This document shows positions 42,501 to 57,500 of a DNA stretch of 64,000 bases, one piece after another. A model generated the notes under the pieces. The model was not told the origin of the DNA. It ran no database searches and saw only the letters and a program-made list of their open reading frames with translations. The stretch is from the human T2T-CHM13v2.0 reference genome, Homo sapiens. Position 1 is the first letter of the stretch, and the number at the start of each line of letters is the position of its first letter. Both the position numbers and the translations under genes were made by a program. The stretch lies in NCBI RefSeq assembly GCF_009914755.1, contig NC_060933.1. One strand, written 5' to 3'.

Positions 42501-45500
42501 CCGGAAGATTCCATTCCATTGCATTCCATTCCATTCCATTCCCCTGCACTCGCGTTGATTCCATTCCATTCCATTCCATTCCATTCCATTCCATTCCATT
42601 CCAATCCAGTTGATTCCATTCCATTCCCTTACATTACATTCCATTCCACTCCACTCCAGTCCTTTCCATTCCATTCCACTCGGGTTGATTCCATTCTATT
42701 CCTTTCCATTCCATTCCATTCCATTGCAATCGAGTTGATTCCATTGCTTTGCATTCCATTCCATTCCATTCCATTCCGGATGATTCCATTCCATTGCATT
42801 CCATTCCATTCCATTCCCCTGCACTCGGGTTGATTCCATTCCATTCCACTCCATTCCGTTCCATTCCATTCCATTCCATTGTATTCGGGTTAATTCCATT
42901 CCATTCCATTCCATTCCATTCCATTCCATTCCATTACAATCGATTTGATTCCATTCCATTCCATTCCATTCCATTCCATTCCTTTCCAGTCCTTTCCATT
43001 CCATTCTACTCGGGTTGATTTCATTCTGTTAGTTTCCATTCCATTCCATTCCCTTCCATTCCACTCTGGTTGATTCCATTCCTTTCCATTCCACTCGAAT
43101 ACATTCTCTCATATTCCGCTCGGAACGATTCCATTCCATTCCATTCCATTCCATTTCGTTCCATTCCATTCTATTCCGTACCATTCCATTCCATTCCATT
43201 CCATTCCATTCCATTCCACTCGTGTTGATTCCATTCCTTTCCATTCCATTCGTTTTGAAGCCATTCCATTCCATTCAATTCCACTCCATTCCATTCCATT
43301 CCATTCCATTCCATTCTATTCCATTCCATTGTACTCGGGTTGATTCCATTCCATTGCATTCCATCCCATTCCATTCCATTCCATTCCGTTCCATTACATT
43401 CGCATTGATTCTATTCAACTCCCTTACACTCCATTCCATTCCATTCCATTCGGGTTGTTCCATTCCATTCCATTCCATTCCACTCCATTCCATTGCACTC
43501 GGGTTGATTCGATTCCATTCCATTCCATTCCATTCCATTCCATTCCGAATGATTCCATTCCATTGCATTCCGTTCCATTACATTCCCCTGCACTCGCGTT
43601 GATTCCATTCCATTCCATTCCATACCATTCCATTCCATTCCATTCCATTCCATTCCATTCCATTCCATTGCGTTCCGTTCCATTCCGTTCCATTCCATTC
43701 CATTCTATTCGGGTTAATTCCATTCCATTCCATTCCATTCCATTGTATTCCATTCCATTGCAATCGAGTTGAATCCATTGCATTCCATTCCATTCCATTC
43801 CATTCCGGAAGATTCCATTCCATTGCATTCCATTCCATTCCATTCCCCTGCACTCGCGTTGATTCCATTCCATTCCATTCCATTCCATTCCGTTCCGTTC
43901 CGTTCCATTCCATTCCATTCCATTCCATTCCACTCCATTCCATTCCATTCCGTTCCGTTCCATTCCATTCCATTCCGTTCTATTCGGGTTAATTCCATTC
44001 CATTCCATTCGATTGCAATGAGAGTTGATTCCATTCCATTCCATTCCATTCCATTCCATTCCTTTCCATTCCATTCCTTCCCATTCCATTACGGATGATT
44101 CCATTCCATTGCATTCCATTCCTTTCCATTCCCCTGCACTCGCGTTGATTCCACTCCATTCCATTCCATTCCATTCCATTCCATTCCATTCCATTCCATT
44201 CCATTCCTTTCCATTCCATTACGGATGATTCCATTCCATTGCATTCCATTCCATTCCATTCCCCTGTACTCGGGTTGATTCCATTCCATTCCATTCCAAT
44301 CCATGCCATTCCACTCGTGTTGATTCCATTCTTTCCATTCCATTGAAGATGAATCCATTCCATTGCATTCCATTCCATTCGATTCCATTCGATTGCACTC
44401 GTGTTGATTCCATGGCATTGCATTGCATTCCATTCCATTCCATTCCATTCCATTCCATTCCATTCCTTTCCATTCCATTCCATTCCATTCGTATTCATTC
44501 TATTCAATTCCCTTACACTCCATTACATTACATTCCAATCGGGTAGTTTCCATTCCATTCCATTCCATTCCTCTCCATTCCATTGCACTCGGGTTGATTC
44601 CATTCTATTCCATTCCATTCCATTCCATCCCATTCCATTCTGATGATTCCATTCCATAGAATTCCATTCCATTCCATTCCCCTGCACTTGGGTTGATTCC
44701 ATCCCATTCCATTCCATTCCTTTCTGTTCCATTCCATTCCATTCCATTCCATTCCATTCTATTCGTGTTAATTCCATTCCATTCTATTCCATTCCATTCC
44801 ATTGAAATCGAGTTGATTCCATTCCATTCCATTCCATTCCATTCCATTCCATTCCATTCCATTCCATTCCGGATGATTCCATTCCATTGCATTCCATTCC
44901 ATTCCATTCCCCTGCATTCGGGTTGATTACATTCCATTCCATTCCCTTCCTTTCCATTCCATTCCATTCCATTCTATTCGGGGTAATTCTATTCCATTCC
45001 ATTCCATTCCATTCCATTGCAATCGAGTTGATTCCATTCCATTCCATTCCATTCCGTTCGGGATGATTCCATTCCATTGCATTCCATTCCATTCCATTCC
45101 CGTGCAGTCGGGTTGATTCCATTCCATTCCATTCCGTTCCATTCCATTCCATTCCATTCTATTCGGGTTAATTCCATTCCATTCCATTCCATTCCATTCG
45201 GTTCCATTCAAATTCCATTCCACTCCATTCCAATCGAGTTGATTCCATTCCATTCCGTTCCATTATATTCCACTCCATTCCAGTCCTTTTCATTCCATTC
45301 CACTCGGGTTGATTCCATTCTATTCATTTCCATTCCATTCCATTCCATTGCAATCGAGTTGATTCCATTGCTTTGCATTCCATTCTATTCCATTCCATTC
45401 CGGATGATTCCATTCCATTGCATTCCATTCCATTCCATTCCCCTGCACTCGGGTTGATTCCATTCCATTCCACTCCATTCCGTTCCATTCCATTCCATTC

Positions 45501-48500
45501 CATTGTATTCGGGTTAATTCCATTCCATTCCATTCCATTCCATTCCATTCCATTCCATTCCATTACAATCGAGTTGATTCCATTCCATTCCATTCCATTC
45601 CATTCCATTCGATTCCATTCCATTCCTTTCCATTCCATTCCACTCGGGTTGATTCCATTCTATTAGTTTCCATTCAATTCCATTCCCTTCCATTCCACTC
45701 TGGTTGATTCCATTCCTTTCCATTCCACTCGAATACATTCCCTCCTATTCCACTCGGAACGATTCCATTCCATTCCATTCCATTCCAATCCGTTCCATTC
45801 CATTCCATTTCGTTCCATTCCATTCTATTCCGTACCATTCCATTCCATTCCATTCCATTCCATTCCATTCCACTCGTGTTGATTCCATTCCTTTCCATTC
45901 CATTCGGTTTGAAGCCACTCCATTCCATTCAAATCCACTCCATTCCATTCCATTCCATTCCACTCCATTCCATTGCACTCGGGTTGATTCCATTCCATTC
46001 AATTCCACTCCATTCCATTCCGGATGATTCCATTCCATTGCATTCCGTTCCATTACATTCCGCTGTACTCGCGTTGATTGCATTCCATTCCATTCCATTC
46101 CATACCATTCCATTCCATTCCATTCCATTCCATTCCATTCCATTCCATTCCATTCCATTCTGGATGATTCCATTCCATTGCGTTCCATTCCATTCCATTC
46201 CCCTGTACTCGGGTTGATTCCATTCCATTCCATTCCACTCCATGCCATTCCACTCGTGTTGATTCCATTATTTCCATTTCATTCAAGTTGAATCCATTCC
46301 ATTGCATTCCATTCCATTCGATTCCATTCGATTGCACTCTTGTTGATTCCATTCCATTGCATTCCATCCCATTCCATTCCATTCCATTCCTTTCCATTAC
46401 ATTCCATTACATTCGGATTGATTCTTTTCAACTCGCTTACTCTCCATTTCATTACATTCCATTCGGGTTTTTCCATTCCATTCCATTCCATTCCACTCCA
46501 TTCCATTGCACTCAGGTTGATTCCATTCCATTCCATTCCATTCCGGATGATTCCTTTCCATTGCATTCATTTCCATTACATTCCCCTGCACTCGGGTTGA
46601 TTCCATTCCATTCCATTCCATTCCATTCGATTCCATTCCATTCCCCTGCACTCGCGTTGATTCCATTCCATTCCATTCCATTCCATTCCATTCCGTTCCA
46701 TTCCTTTCCGTTCCATTCCATTCCATTCCATTGCATTCCGTTTTGTTCCATTCCATTCCATTCCATTCTATTCGGGTTAATTCCATTCCATTCCATTCGA
46801 TTGCAATCGAGTTGATTCCATTCCCTTCCATTCCATTCCATTCCATTCCTTTCCATTCCCTTATGGATGATTCCAATCCATTGCATTCCATTCCATTCCA
46901 TTCCCCTGTACTCGGGTTGATTCCATTCCATTCCATTCCAATCCATGCCATTCCACTCGTGTTGATTCCATTCTTTCCATTCCATTCAAGTTGAATCCAT
47001 TCTTTTGCATTCCATTCCATTCGATTCCATTCCATTGCACTCGGGTTAATTCCATTCCATTCCATTCCATTCCATTCCGCATGATTCCATTCCTTTGCAT
47101 TCCATTCCATTCCATTCCCCTGCACTCAGGTTGATTCCATTCCATTCCATTATATTCCATTCCATTCCATTCCATTCCATTCCATTCGACTCCATTCCAT
47201 TCCACTCCATTCCATTGCACTCGGGTTGATTCTATTCCATTCCATTCCATTCCATTCCATTCCATTCCATTCCATTCCATTCCATTCCATTCCATTGTAC
47301 TCGGGTTGATTCCATTCCTTTGCATTCCATTCCATTCCATTCCATTCCATTCCATTCCGTTGCATTCCATTCCATTACATTCGGATTGATTCTATTCAAC
47401 TCCCTTACTCTCCATTACATTCCATTCCATTCGGGTTGTTCCATTCCATTCCATTCCATTCCACTCCATTCCATTGCACTCGGGTTGGTTCCATTCCATT
47501 CCATTCCATTCCGTTCCATTCCATTCCATTCCATTCCATCCCGGATGATTCCATTCCATTGCATTCCATTCCATTACATTCCCCTGCACTCCGGTTGATT
47601 CCATTCCATTCCATTCGATTCCATTCGATTCCATTCCATTCCAATTCGTTCCATTCCAATCTATTCCGTACCATTCCATTAAATTCCATACCATTCCATT
47701 CCATTCCATTCCATTCCATTCCATACCATTCCATTCCATTCCCTTCCATTCCATTCCATTCTATTCGGGTTAATTCCATTCCATTCCATTCCATTCCATT
47801 CTATTCCCTTCCATTGCAATCGAGTTGAATCCGTTGCATTCCATTCCTTTCCATTCCATTCCATTCCGGAAGATTCCATTCCATTGCAATCCATTCCATT
47901 CCATTCCCCTGCACTCGGGTTGATTCCATTCCATTCCACTCCATTCCGTTCCATTCCATTCCATTCCGTTGTATTCGGGTTAATTCCATTCCATTCCATT
48001 CCATTCCATTCCATTCCATTCCAATCGAGTTGATTCCATTCCATTCCATTCCATTCCATTCCATTCCAGTCCTTTCCATTCCATTCCACTCGGGTTGATT
48101 CCATTCTATTAGTTTCCATTCCATTCCATTCCCTTCCATTCCACTCTGGTTGATTCCATTCCTTTCCATTCCACTCGAATACATTCCCTCCTATTCCACT
48201 CGGAACGATTCCATTCCATTCCATTCCATTCCATTCCATTCCATTCCATTCCAGTTCGTTCCATTCCATTCTATTCCGTACCATTCCATTCCATTCCTTT
48301 CCTTTCCATTCCATTCCTTTCCACTCGTGTTGATTCCATTCCTTTCCATTCCATTCGGTTTGAAGGCATTCCATTCCATTCAATTCCATTCCATTCCATT
48401 CAATTCCATTCCATTCTATTCCATTCCATTGCAATCGAGTTGAATCCATTGCCTTTCATTCCATTCCATTCCATTCAATTCCATTCCGGAAGATTCCATT

Positions 48501-51500
48501 CCATTACATTCCATTCCATTCCATTCCCCTGCACTCGTGTTGATTCCATTCCATTCCATTCCATTCCATTCCGTTCCGTTCCCTTCCATTCCATTCCATT
48601 CCATTCCATTCCGTTCCGTTCCATTCCATTCCATTCCATTCTATTCGGGTTAATTCCATTCCATTCCATTCGATTGCCATCGAGTTGATTCCATTCCATT
48701 CCATTCCATTCCATTCCATTCCATTCCATTCCTTTCCATTCCATTACGGCTGACTCCATTCCATTGCTTTCCATTCCATTCCATTCCCCTGTACTCGGGT
48801 TGATTCCATTCCATTCCATTCCACTCCATTCGGTTCCGTTGCATTCCATTCTATTGCATTCCATTCTATTCGGGTTAATTCCATTCCATTCTATTCCATT
48901 CCATTCTATTCCATTCCATTGCAATGGAGTTTATTCCATTCCATTCCATTCCATTCCGGATGATTCCATTCCATTGCATTCCATTCCATTCCATTCCCCT
49001 GCACTCGTGTTGATTCCATTCCCTTCCATTCCATTCCATTCCGTTCCATTCCATTCAATTCCATTCTATTCCGGTTAATTCCATTCCATTCCACTCCATT
49101 CCATTCCATTCCATTCCATTCCATTGCAATCGAGTTGATCCCATTCCATTCCTTTCCAATCCATTCCATTGCCTTGCATTCCACTCGGGTTGATTCCATT
49201 CCCTTCTTTCCACTCCATTACATTCCCTTCCATTCCACTCGGAATGATTGATTCCATTCCATTCCATTCCATTTCATTCCATTGCAATCCATTCCAATCC
49301 ATTCCATTCCATTCCATTCCACTCGAGTTGACTTCATTCCATTCCTTTCCATTCCATTCCATTCCTTTCCACTCGAGTTGATTCCATTCCATTCCAATCC
49401 ATTGCAATCCATTCCATGCCATTCCACTCGGGTTGATTCCATTCCTTTGCATTCCATTCCATTCCATTCCATTGCATTCCATTCCATTCCATTCCGTAGC
49501 ATTCCATTCCATTACATTCGGATTGATTCTATTCAACTCCCTTACTCCCCATTACATTCCATTCCGTTCGGGTTGTTCCATTCCATTCCATTCCATTCCA
49601 CTCCATTCCATTGCACTCGGGTTGATTCCATTCCATTCCATTCCATTCCGGATGATTCCATTCCATTGCATTCCGTTCCATTACATTCCCCTGCACTCGG
49701 GTTGATACCATTCCATTCCATTCCATTCCATTCCATTCCATTCCATTCCGGATGATTCCATTCCATTGCATTCCATTCCATTCCATTCCCCTGCACTCGG
49801 GTTGATTACATTCCATTTCCTTCCATTCCATTCCTTTCCATTCCATTCCATTCCATTCTATTAGGGTGAATTCCATTCCACTCCATTCCATTCCATTGCA
49901 TTCCATTCCATTCCATTCCATTCCATTGCAATCGAATTGATTCCATTCCATTCCATTCCATTCCGTTCCGGATGATTCCATTCCATTCCATTCCATTCCA
50001 TTCCATTCCATTCCATTCCATTCCATTCCCCTGCAGTCGGGTTGATTCCATTCCATTCCATTCCATTCCATTCCATTCCATTCCGTTCCATTCCATTCCT
50101 TTCCATTCTATTCGGGTTAATTCCATTCCATTCCATTCCATTCCATTCCATTCCATTCCATTCCAATCGAGTTGATTCCATTCCATTCCATTCCAGTCCA
50201 TTCCACTCCTTTGCAGTCCTTTCCATTCCATTACACTCGGGTTGATTCCATTCTATTCCTTTCCATTCCATTCCATTCCATTGCAATCGAGTTGATTCCA
50301 TTGCTTTGCATTCCATTCCATTCCATTCCATTCCGGATGATTCCATTCCATTGCATTCCATTCCATTCCATTCCCCTGCACTCGGGTTGATTCCATTCCA
50401 TTCCACTCCATTCCGTTCCATTCCATTCCATTCCATTGTATTCGGGTTAATTCCATTCCATTCCATTCCATTCCATTCCATTCCATTCCATTCCATTCCA
50501 TTCCATTACAATCGAGTTGATTCCATTCCATTCCATTCCATTCCATTCCATTCCATTCCAGTCCTTTCCATTCCATTCCACTCGGGTTGATTCCATTCTA
50601 TTAGTTTCCATTCCATTCCATTCCCTTCCATTCCACGCTGGTTGATTCCATTCCTTTCTATTCCACTCGAATACATTCCGTCCTATTCCACTCGGAATGA
50701 TTCCATTTCATTCCATTCCATTCCATTCCATTCCATTCCAGTTCGTTCCATTCCATTCTATTCCGTACCATTCCATTCCATTCCATTCCTTTCCATTCCA
50801 TTCTTTTCCATTCGTGGTGATTCCATTCCTTTCCATTCCATTCGGTTTGAAGGCTTTCCATTCCATTCAATTCCATTCCATTCCATTCCATTCCATTCCA
50901 TTCCATTCCATTCCATTCTATTCCATTCCATTCCATTCCATTCCATTCCCCTGCACTCGCGTTGATTCCATTCCATTCCATTCCATTCCATTCCGTTCCG
51001 TTCCATTCCGTTCCATTCCATTCCATTCCATTGCGTTCCGTTCCATTCCATTCCATTCCATTCTATTCGGGTTAATTCCATTCCATTCCATTCCATTCCA
51101 TTGCCATCGAGTTGATTCCATTCCATTCCATTCCATTCCATTCCATTCCATTCCATTCCATTCCTTTCCATTCCATTACGGATGACTCCATTCCATTGCA
51201 TTCCATTCCATTCCATTCCCCTGTACTCGGGTTGATTCCATTCCATTCCATTCCACTCCATTCGGTTCCGTTGCATTCCATTCTATTGCATTCCATTCTA
51301 TTCGGATTAATTCCATTCCATTCTATTCCATTCCATTCCATTCCATTCCATTGCAATGGAGTTGATTCCATTCCATTCTATTCCATTCCGGATGATTCCA
51401 TTCCATTGCATTCCATTCCATTCCATTCCCCTGCACTCGTGTTGAATCCATTCCATTCCATTCCATTCCATTCCGTTCCATTCCATTCCATTCCATTCTA

Positions 51501-54500
51501 TTCCGGTTAATTCTATTCCATTCCATTCCATTCCATTCCATTCCATTCCATTCCATTCCATTGCAATCGAGTTGTTTCCATTCCATTCCTTTCCATTCCA
51601 TTCCATTGCCTTGCATTCCACTCGGGTTGATTCCATTCCCTTCTTTCCACTCCATTACATTCCCTTGCATTCCACTCGCAATGATTGATTCCATTCCATT
51701 CCATTCCATTTCATTCCATTGCAATCCATTCCAATCCATTCCATTCCATTCCATTCCACTCGAGTTGACTTCATTCCATTCCTTTCCATTCCATTCCGTT
51801 CCTTGCCACTCGAGTTGATTCCATTCCATTCCAATCCATTGCATTCCATTCCATGCCATTCCACTCGGGTTGATTCCATTGCTTTGCATTCCATTCCATT
51901 CCATTCCATTGCATTCCATTCCATTCCATTCCCCTGCACTCGTGTTGAATCCGTTCCATTCCTTTGCATTCCATTCCGTTCCATTGCATTCCATTCCATT
52001 CTATTCCGGTTAATTCCATTCCATTCAATTCCATTCCGTTCCATTCCATTCCATTACATTCGGATTGATTCTATTCAACTCCCTTACTCTCCATTACATT
52101 CCATTCCATTCGGGTTGTTCCATTCCATTCCATTCCATTCCACTCCATTCCATTGCTCTCGGGTTGATTCCATTCCATTCCATTCCATTCCATTCCATTC
52201 CATTCCATTCCGGATGATTCCATTCCATTGCATTCCGTTCCATTACATTCCCCTGCACTCGCGTTGATTCCATTCCATTCCATTCCATTCCATTCAATTC
52301 CATTCCATTACAATTCGTTCCATTCCATTCTATTCCGTACCATTCCATTCCATTCCATACCACTCCATTCCATTCCATTCCATTCCATTCCATTCCATTC
52401 CATTCCGTTCCATTCCGTTCCATTCCGTTCCATTCCATTCTATTCGGGTTAATTCCATTCCATTCCATTCCATCCCATTCTATTACATTCCATTGCAATC
52501 GAGTTGAATCCATTGCATTTCATTCCATTCCATTCCATTCCATTCCATTCCGGAAGACTCCATTCCATTGCATTCCATTCCATTCCATTCCATTCCCCTG
52601 CACTCGCGTTGATTCCATTCCTTTCCATTCCATTCCATTACGTTCCGTTCCGTTCCGTTCCATTCCATTCCATTCCATTCCGTTCCGTTCCATTCCATTC
52701 CATTCCATTCTATTCGGGTTAATTCCTTTCCATTCCATTCGATTGCAATCGTGTTGATTCCATTCCATTCCATTCCATTCCATTCCATTCCATTCCATTC
52801 CTTTCCATTCCATTACGGATGATTCCATTCCATTGCATTCCATTCCATTCCATTCCCCTGTACTCGGGTTGATTCCATTCCATTCCATTCCAATCCATGC
52901 CATTCCACTCGTGTTGATTCCATTCTTTCCGTTCCATTCAAGTTGAATCCATTCCATTGCATTCCATTCCATTCGATTCCATTCGATTGCACTCGGGTTG
53001 ATTCTATTCCATTGCATTCCATTCCATTCCATTCCATTCCATTCCGTTCCATTCCATTCCATTACATTCGGATTGATTCTATTCAATTCCCTTACACTCC
53101 ATTCCATTCCATTCCATTCGGGTAGTTTCCATTCCATTCCATTCCATTCCTCTCCATTCCATTGCACTCGGGTTGATTCCATTCCATTGCATTCCATTCC
53201 ATTCCATTCAAATCCATTCCGTTCCATTCCATTCCATTACATTCGGATTGCTTCTATTCATCTCCCTTAGTCTCCATTACATTCCATTCCATTCGGGTTG
53301 TTCCATTCCATTCCATTCCATTCCACTCCATTCCATTGCACTCGGGTTGATTCCATTCCATTCCATTCCATTCCATTCCGGAAGATTCCATTCCATTGCA
53401 TTCCATTCCATTCCATTCCCCTGCACTCGCGTTGATTCCATTCCATTCCATTCCATTCCATTCCATTCCATTCCTTTCTGTTCCATTCCATTCCAATCCA
53501 TTCCATTCCATTCCGTTCCGTTACGTTCCATTCCATTCCATTCCATTCTATTCTGGTTAATTCCATTCCATTCCATTCGATTGCAATAGAGTTGATTCCA
53601 TTCCATTCCATTCCATTCCATTCCATTCCATTCCATTCCATTCCTTTCCATTCCATTACGGATGATTCCATTCCATTGCATTCCATTCCATTCCATTCCC
53701 CTGTACTCGGGTTGATTCCATTCCATTCCATTCCAATCCATGCCATTCCACTCGTGTTGATTCCATTCTTTCCATTCCATTCAATTTGAATCCATTCCAT
53801 TGCATTCCCTTCCATTCCATTCCCCTGCAGTCGGGTTGATTCCATTCCATTCCATTCCATTCCATTCCATTCCATTACATTACATTCCATTCCGTTCCGT
53901 TCCATTCCATTCCATTCCTTTCTATTCGGGTTAATTCCATTCCATTCCATTCCATTCCATTCCATTCCATTCCATTCCAATCGAGTTGATTCCATTCCAT
54001 TCCAATCCATTCCATTCCATTCCATTCCATTCCACTCCATTCCAGTCCTTTCCATTCCATTCCACTCGGGTTGTTTCCAATGTATTCCTTTCCATTCCAT
54101 TCCATTCCATTGCAATCGAGTTGATTCCATTGCTTTGCATTCCATTCCATTCCATTCCATTCCGGATGATTCCATTCCATTGCATTCCATTCCATTCCAT
54201 TCCCCTGCACTCGGGTTGATTCCATTCCATTCCACTCCATTCCGTTCCATTCCATTCCATTCCATTGTATTCGGGTTAATTCCATTCCATTCCATTCCGT
54301 TCCATTCCATTACAATCGAGTTGATTCCATTGCACTCCATTCCATTGCAGTCCTTTCCATTCCATTCCACTCGGGTTGATTCCATTCTATTAGTTTCCAT
54401 TCCATTACATTCCCTTCCATTCCACTCTGGTTGATTCCATTCCTTTGCATTCCACTCGAATACATTCCCTCCTATTCCACTCGGAACGATTCCATTCCAT

Positions 54501-57500
54501 TCCATTCCATTCCATTCCATTCCATTCCATTCCATTCCATTCCATTTCGTTCCATTCCATTCTGTTCCGTATCATTCCATTCCATTCCATTCCATTCCAT
54601 TCCATTCCATTCCATTCCATTCCATTCCATTGTACTCGGGTTGGTTCCATTCCATTGCATTCCATTCCATTCCATTCCATTCCATTCCGTTGCATTCCAT
54701 TCCATTACATTCGGATTGATTCTATTCAACTCCCTTACTCTCCATTACATTCCATTCCATTCGGGTTGTTCCATTCCATTCCATTCCATTCCACTCCATT
54801 CCATTGCACTCGGGTTGTTTCCATTCCATTCCATTCCATTCCATTCCATTCCGGATGATTCCATTCCATTACATTCCGTTCCATTCCATTCCTTTCCATT
54901 CCTTTACGGATGATTCCATTCCATTGCATTCCGTTCCATTCCATTCCCCTGTACTCGGGTTGATTCCATTCCATTCCATTCCAATCCATGCCCTTCCACT
55001 CGTGTTGATTCCATTATTTCCATTCCATTCTAGTGGAATCCATTCCATTGCATTCCATTCCATTCGATTCCATTCGATTGCACTCGGGTTGATTCCATTC
55101 CATTGCATTCCATTCCATTCCATTCCATTCCATTCCATTCCATTCCGTTCCATTCCATTCCATTACATTCGGATTGATTCTATTCAACTCCCTTACTCTC
55201 CATTACATTCGATTCCATTCGGGTTGTTCCATTCCATTCCATTCCATTCCACTCCATTCCATTGCACTCGGGTTGATTCCATTACATTCCATTGCATTCC
55301 GGAAGATTCCATTTCATAGCATTCCATTACATTCCATTCCCCTGCACTCGCGTTGATTCCATTCCTTTCCATTCCATTCCATTCCATTCCATTCAATTCC
55401 ATTCCGTTCCGTTCCATTCCATTCCATTCCATTCCATTCCATTCCATTCCATTCCATTCCGTTCCTTTCCATTCCATTCCATTCCATTATATTCGGGTTA
55501 ATTCCATTCCATTCCATTCGATTGCAATCGTGTTGATTCCATTCCATTCCATTCCATTCCATTCCATTCCATTCAATTCCATTCCGTTCCATTCCATTCC
55601 ATTATATTCAGACTGATTCTACTCAACTCCGTTACTCTCCATTATATTCCATTCCATTCGGGTTATTCCATTCCATTCCATTCCATTCCACTCCATTCTA
55701 TTGCACTCGGGTTTGTTCCATTCCATTCCATTCCATTCCATTCCATTCCATTCCATTCCGGAAGATTCCATTCCATTGCATTCCATTCCATTCCATTCCC
55801 CTGCACTCGTGTTGATTCCATTCCATTTCATTCCATTCCATTCCATTCCATTCCATTCCTTTCCGTTCCATTCCATTCCATTCCATTCCATTCCATTCCA
55901 TTCCATTCCGTTCCGTTCCGTTCCATTCCATTCCATTCCATTCTATTCGGGTTAATTCCATTCCATTCCATTCGATTGCAATCGTGTTGATTCCATTCCA
56001 TTCCATTCCATTCCATTCCATTCCATTCCATTCCTTTCCATTCCATTACGGATGATTCCATTCCATTGCATTACATTCCATTCCATTCCCCTGTACTCGG
56101 GTTGATTGCATTCCATTCCATTCCATTCCATTCCATTCCGGATGATTCCATTCCATTGCATTCCATTCCATTACATTCCCCTGCACTCGTGTTGATTCCA
56201 TTCCATTCCATTCCATTCCATTCAATTCCATTCCATTACAATTCGTTCCATTCCATTCTGTTCCGTACCATTCCATTCCATTGCATACCATTCCATTCCA
56301 TTCCATTCCATTCCGTTCCATTCCGTTCCATTCCATTCCATTCCATTCTATTCGGATTAATTCCATTCCATTCCATTCCATTCCATTCTATTCCATTCCA
56401 TTGCAATCGAGTTGAATCCATTGCATTTCATTCCATTCCATTCCATTCCATTCCATTCCGGAAGATTCCATTCCATTGCATTCCATTCCATTCCATTCCC
56501 CTGCACTCGCGTTGATTCCATTCCATTCCATTCCATTCCATTCCGTTCCGTTCCATTCCATTGCATTCCATTCCATTCCGTTCCGTTCCATTCCATTCCA
56601 TTCCATTCTATTCGGGTTAATTCCATTCCATTCCATTCGATTGCAATCGAGTTGATTCCATTCCATTCCATTCCATTCCATTCCATTCCATTCCATTCCT
56701 TTCCATTCCATTACGGATGATTCCATTCCATTGCATTCCGTTCCATTCCATTCCCCTGTAGTCGGGTTGATTCCATTCCATTCCATTCCAATCCATGCCA
56801 TTCCACTCGTGTTGATTCCATTCTTTCCATTCCATTCAAGTTGATTCCATTCCATTGCATTCCATTCCATTCGATTCCATTCGATTGCACTCGGGTTGAT
56901 TCCATTCCATTGCATTCCATTCCATTCCATTCGATTCCATTCCATTCCATTCCGTTCCATTCCATTCCATTACATTCGGATTGATTCTATTCAATTCCGT
57001 TACACTCCATTACATTACATTCCATTCGGGTAGTTTCCATTCCATTCCATTCCATTCCTCTCCATTCCATTGCACTCAGGTTGATTCCATTCCATTGCAT
57101 TCCATTCCATTCCATTCAATTCTATTCCGTTCCATTCCATTCCATTACATTCGGATTGATTCTATTCAACTCACTTACTCTCCATTACATTCCATTCCAT
57201 TCGGGTTGTTCCATTCCATTCCATTCCATTCCACTCCATTCCATTTGACTCGGGTTGATTCCATTGCATTCCATTCCATTCCATTCCATTCCATTCCGGA
57301 AGATTCCATTCCATTGCATTCCATTTCATTCCATTCCCCTGCACTCTCGTTGATTCTATTCTATTCCATTCTATTCCATTCCATTCCCTTCCTTTCCGTT
57401 CCATTCCATTCCATTCCATTCCATTCCATTCCGTTCCGTTCCGTTCCATTCCATTCCATTCCATTCTATTTGGGTTAATTCCATTCCACTCCATTTGATT

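Noticed and set aside
1-57400. Whole-window giant palindrome centred on the junction
   Set aside because: Mirror symmetry of diagnostic markers ends at about 27590/29450; beyond that, paralogous blocks occur in non-mirrored order.
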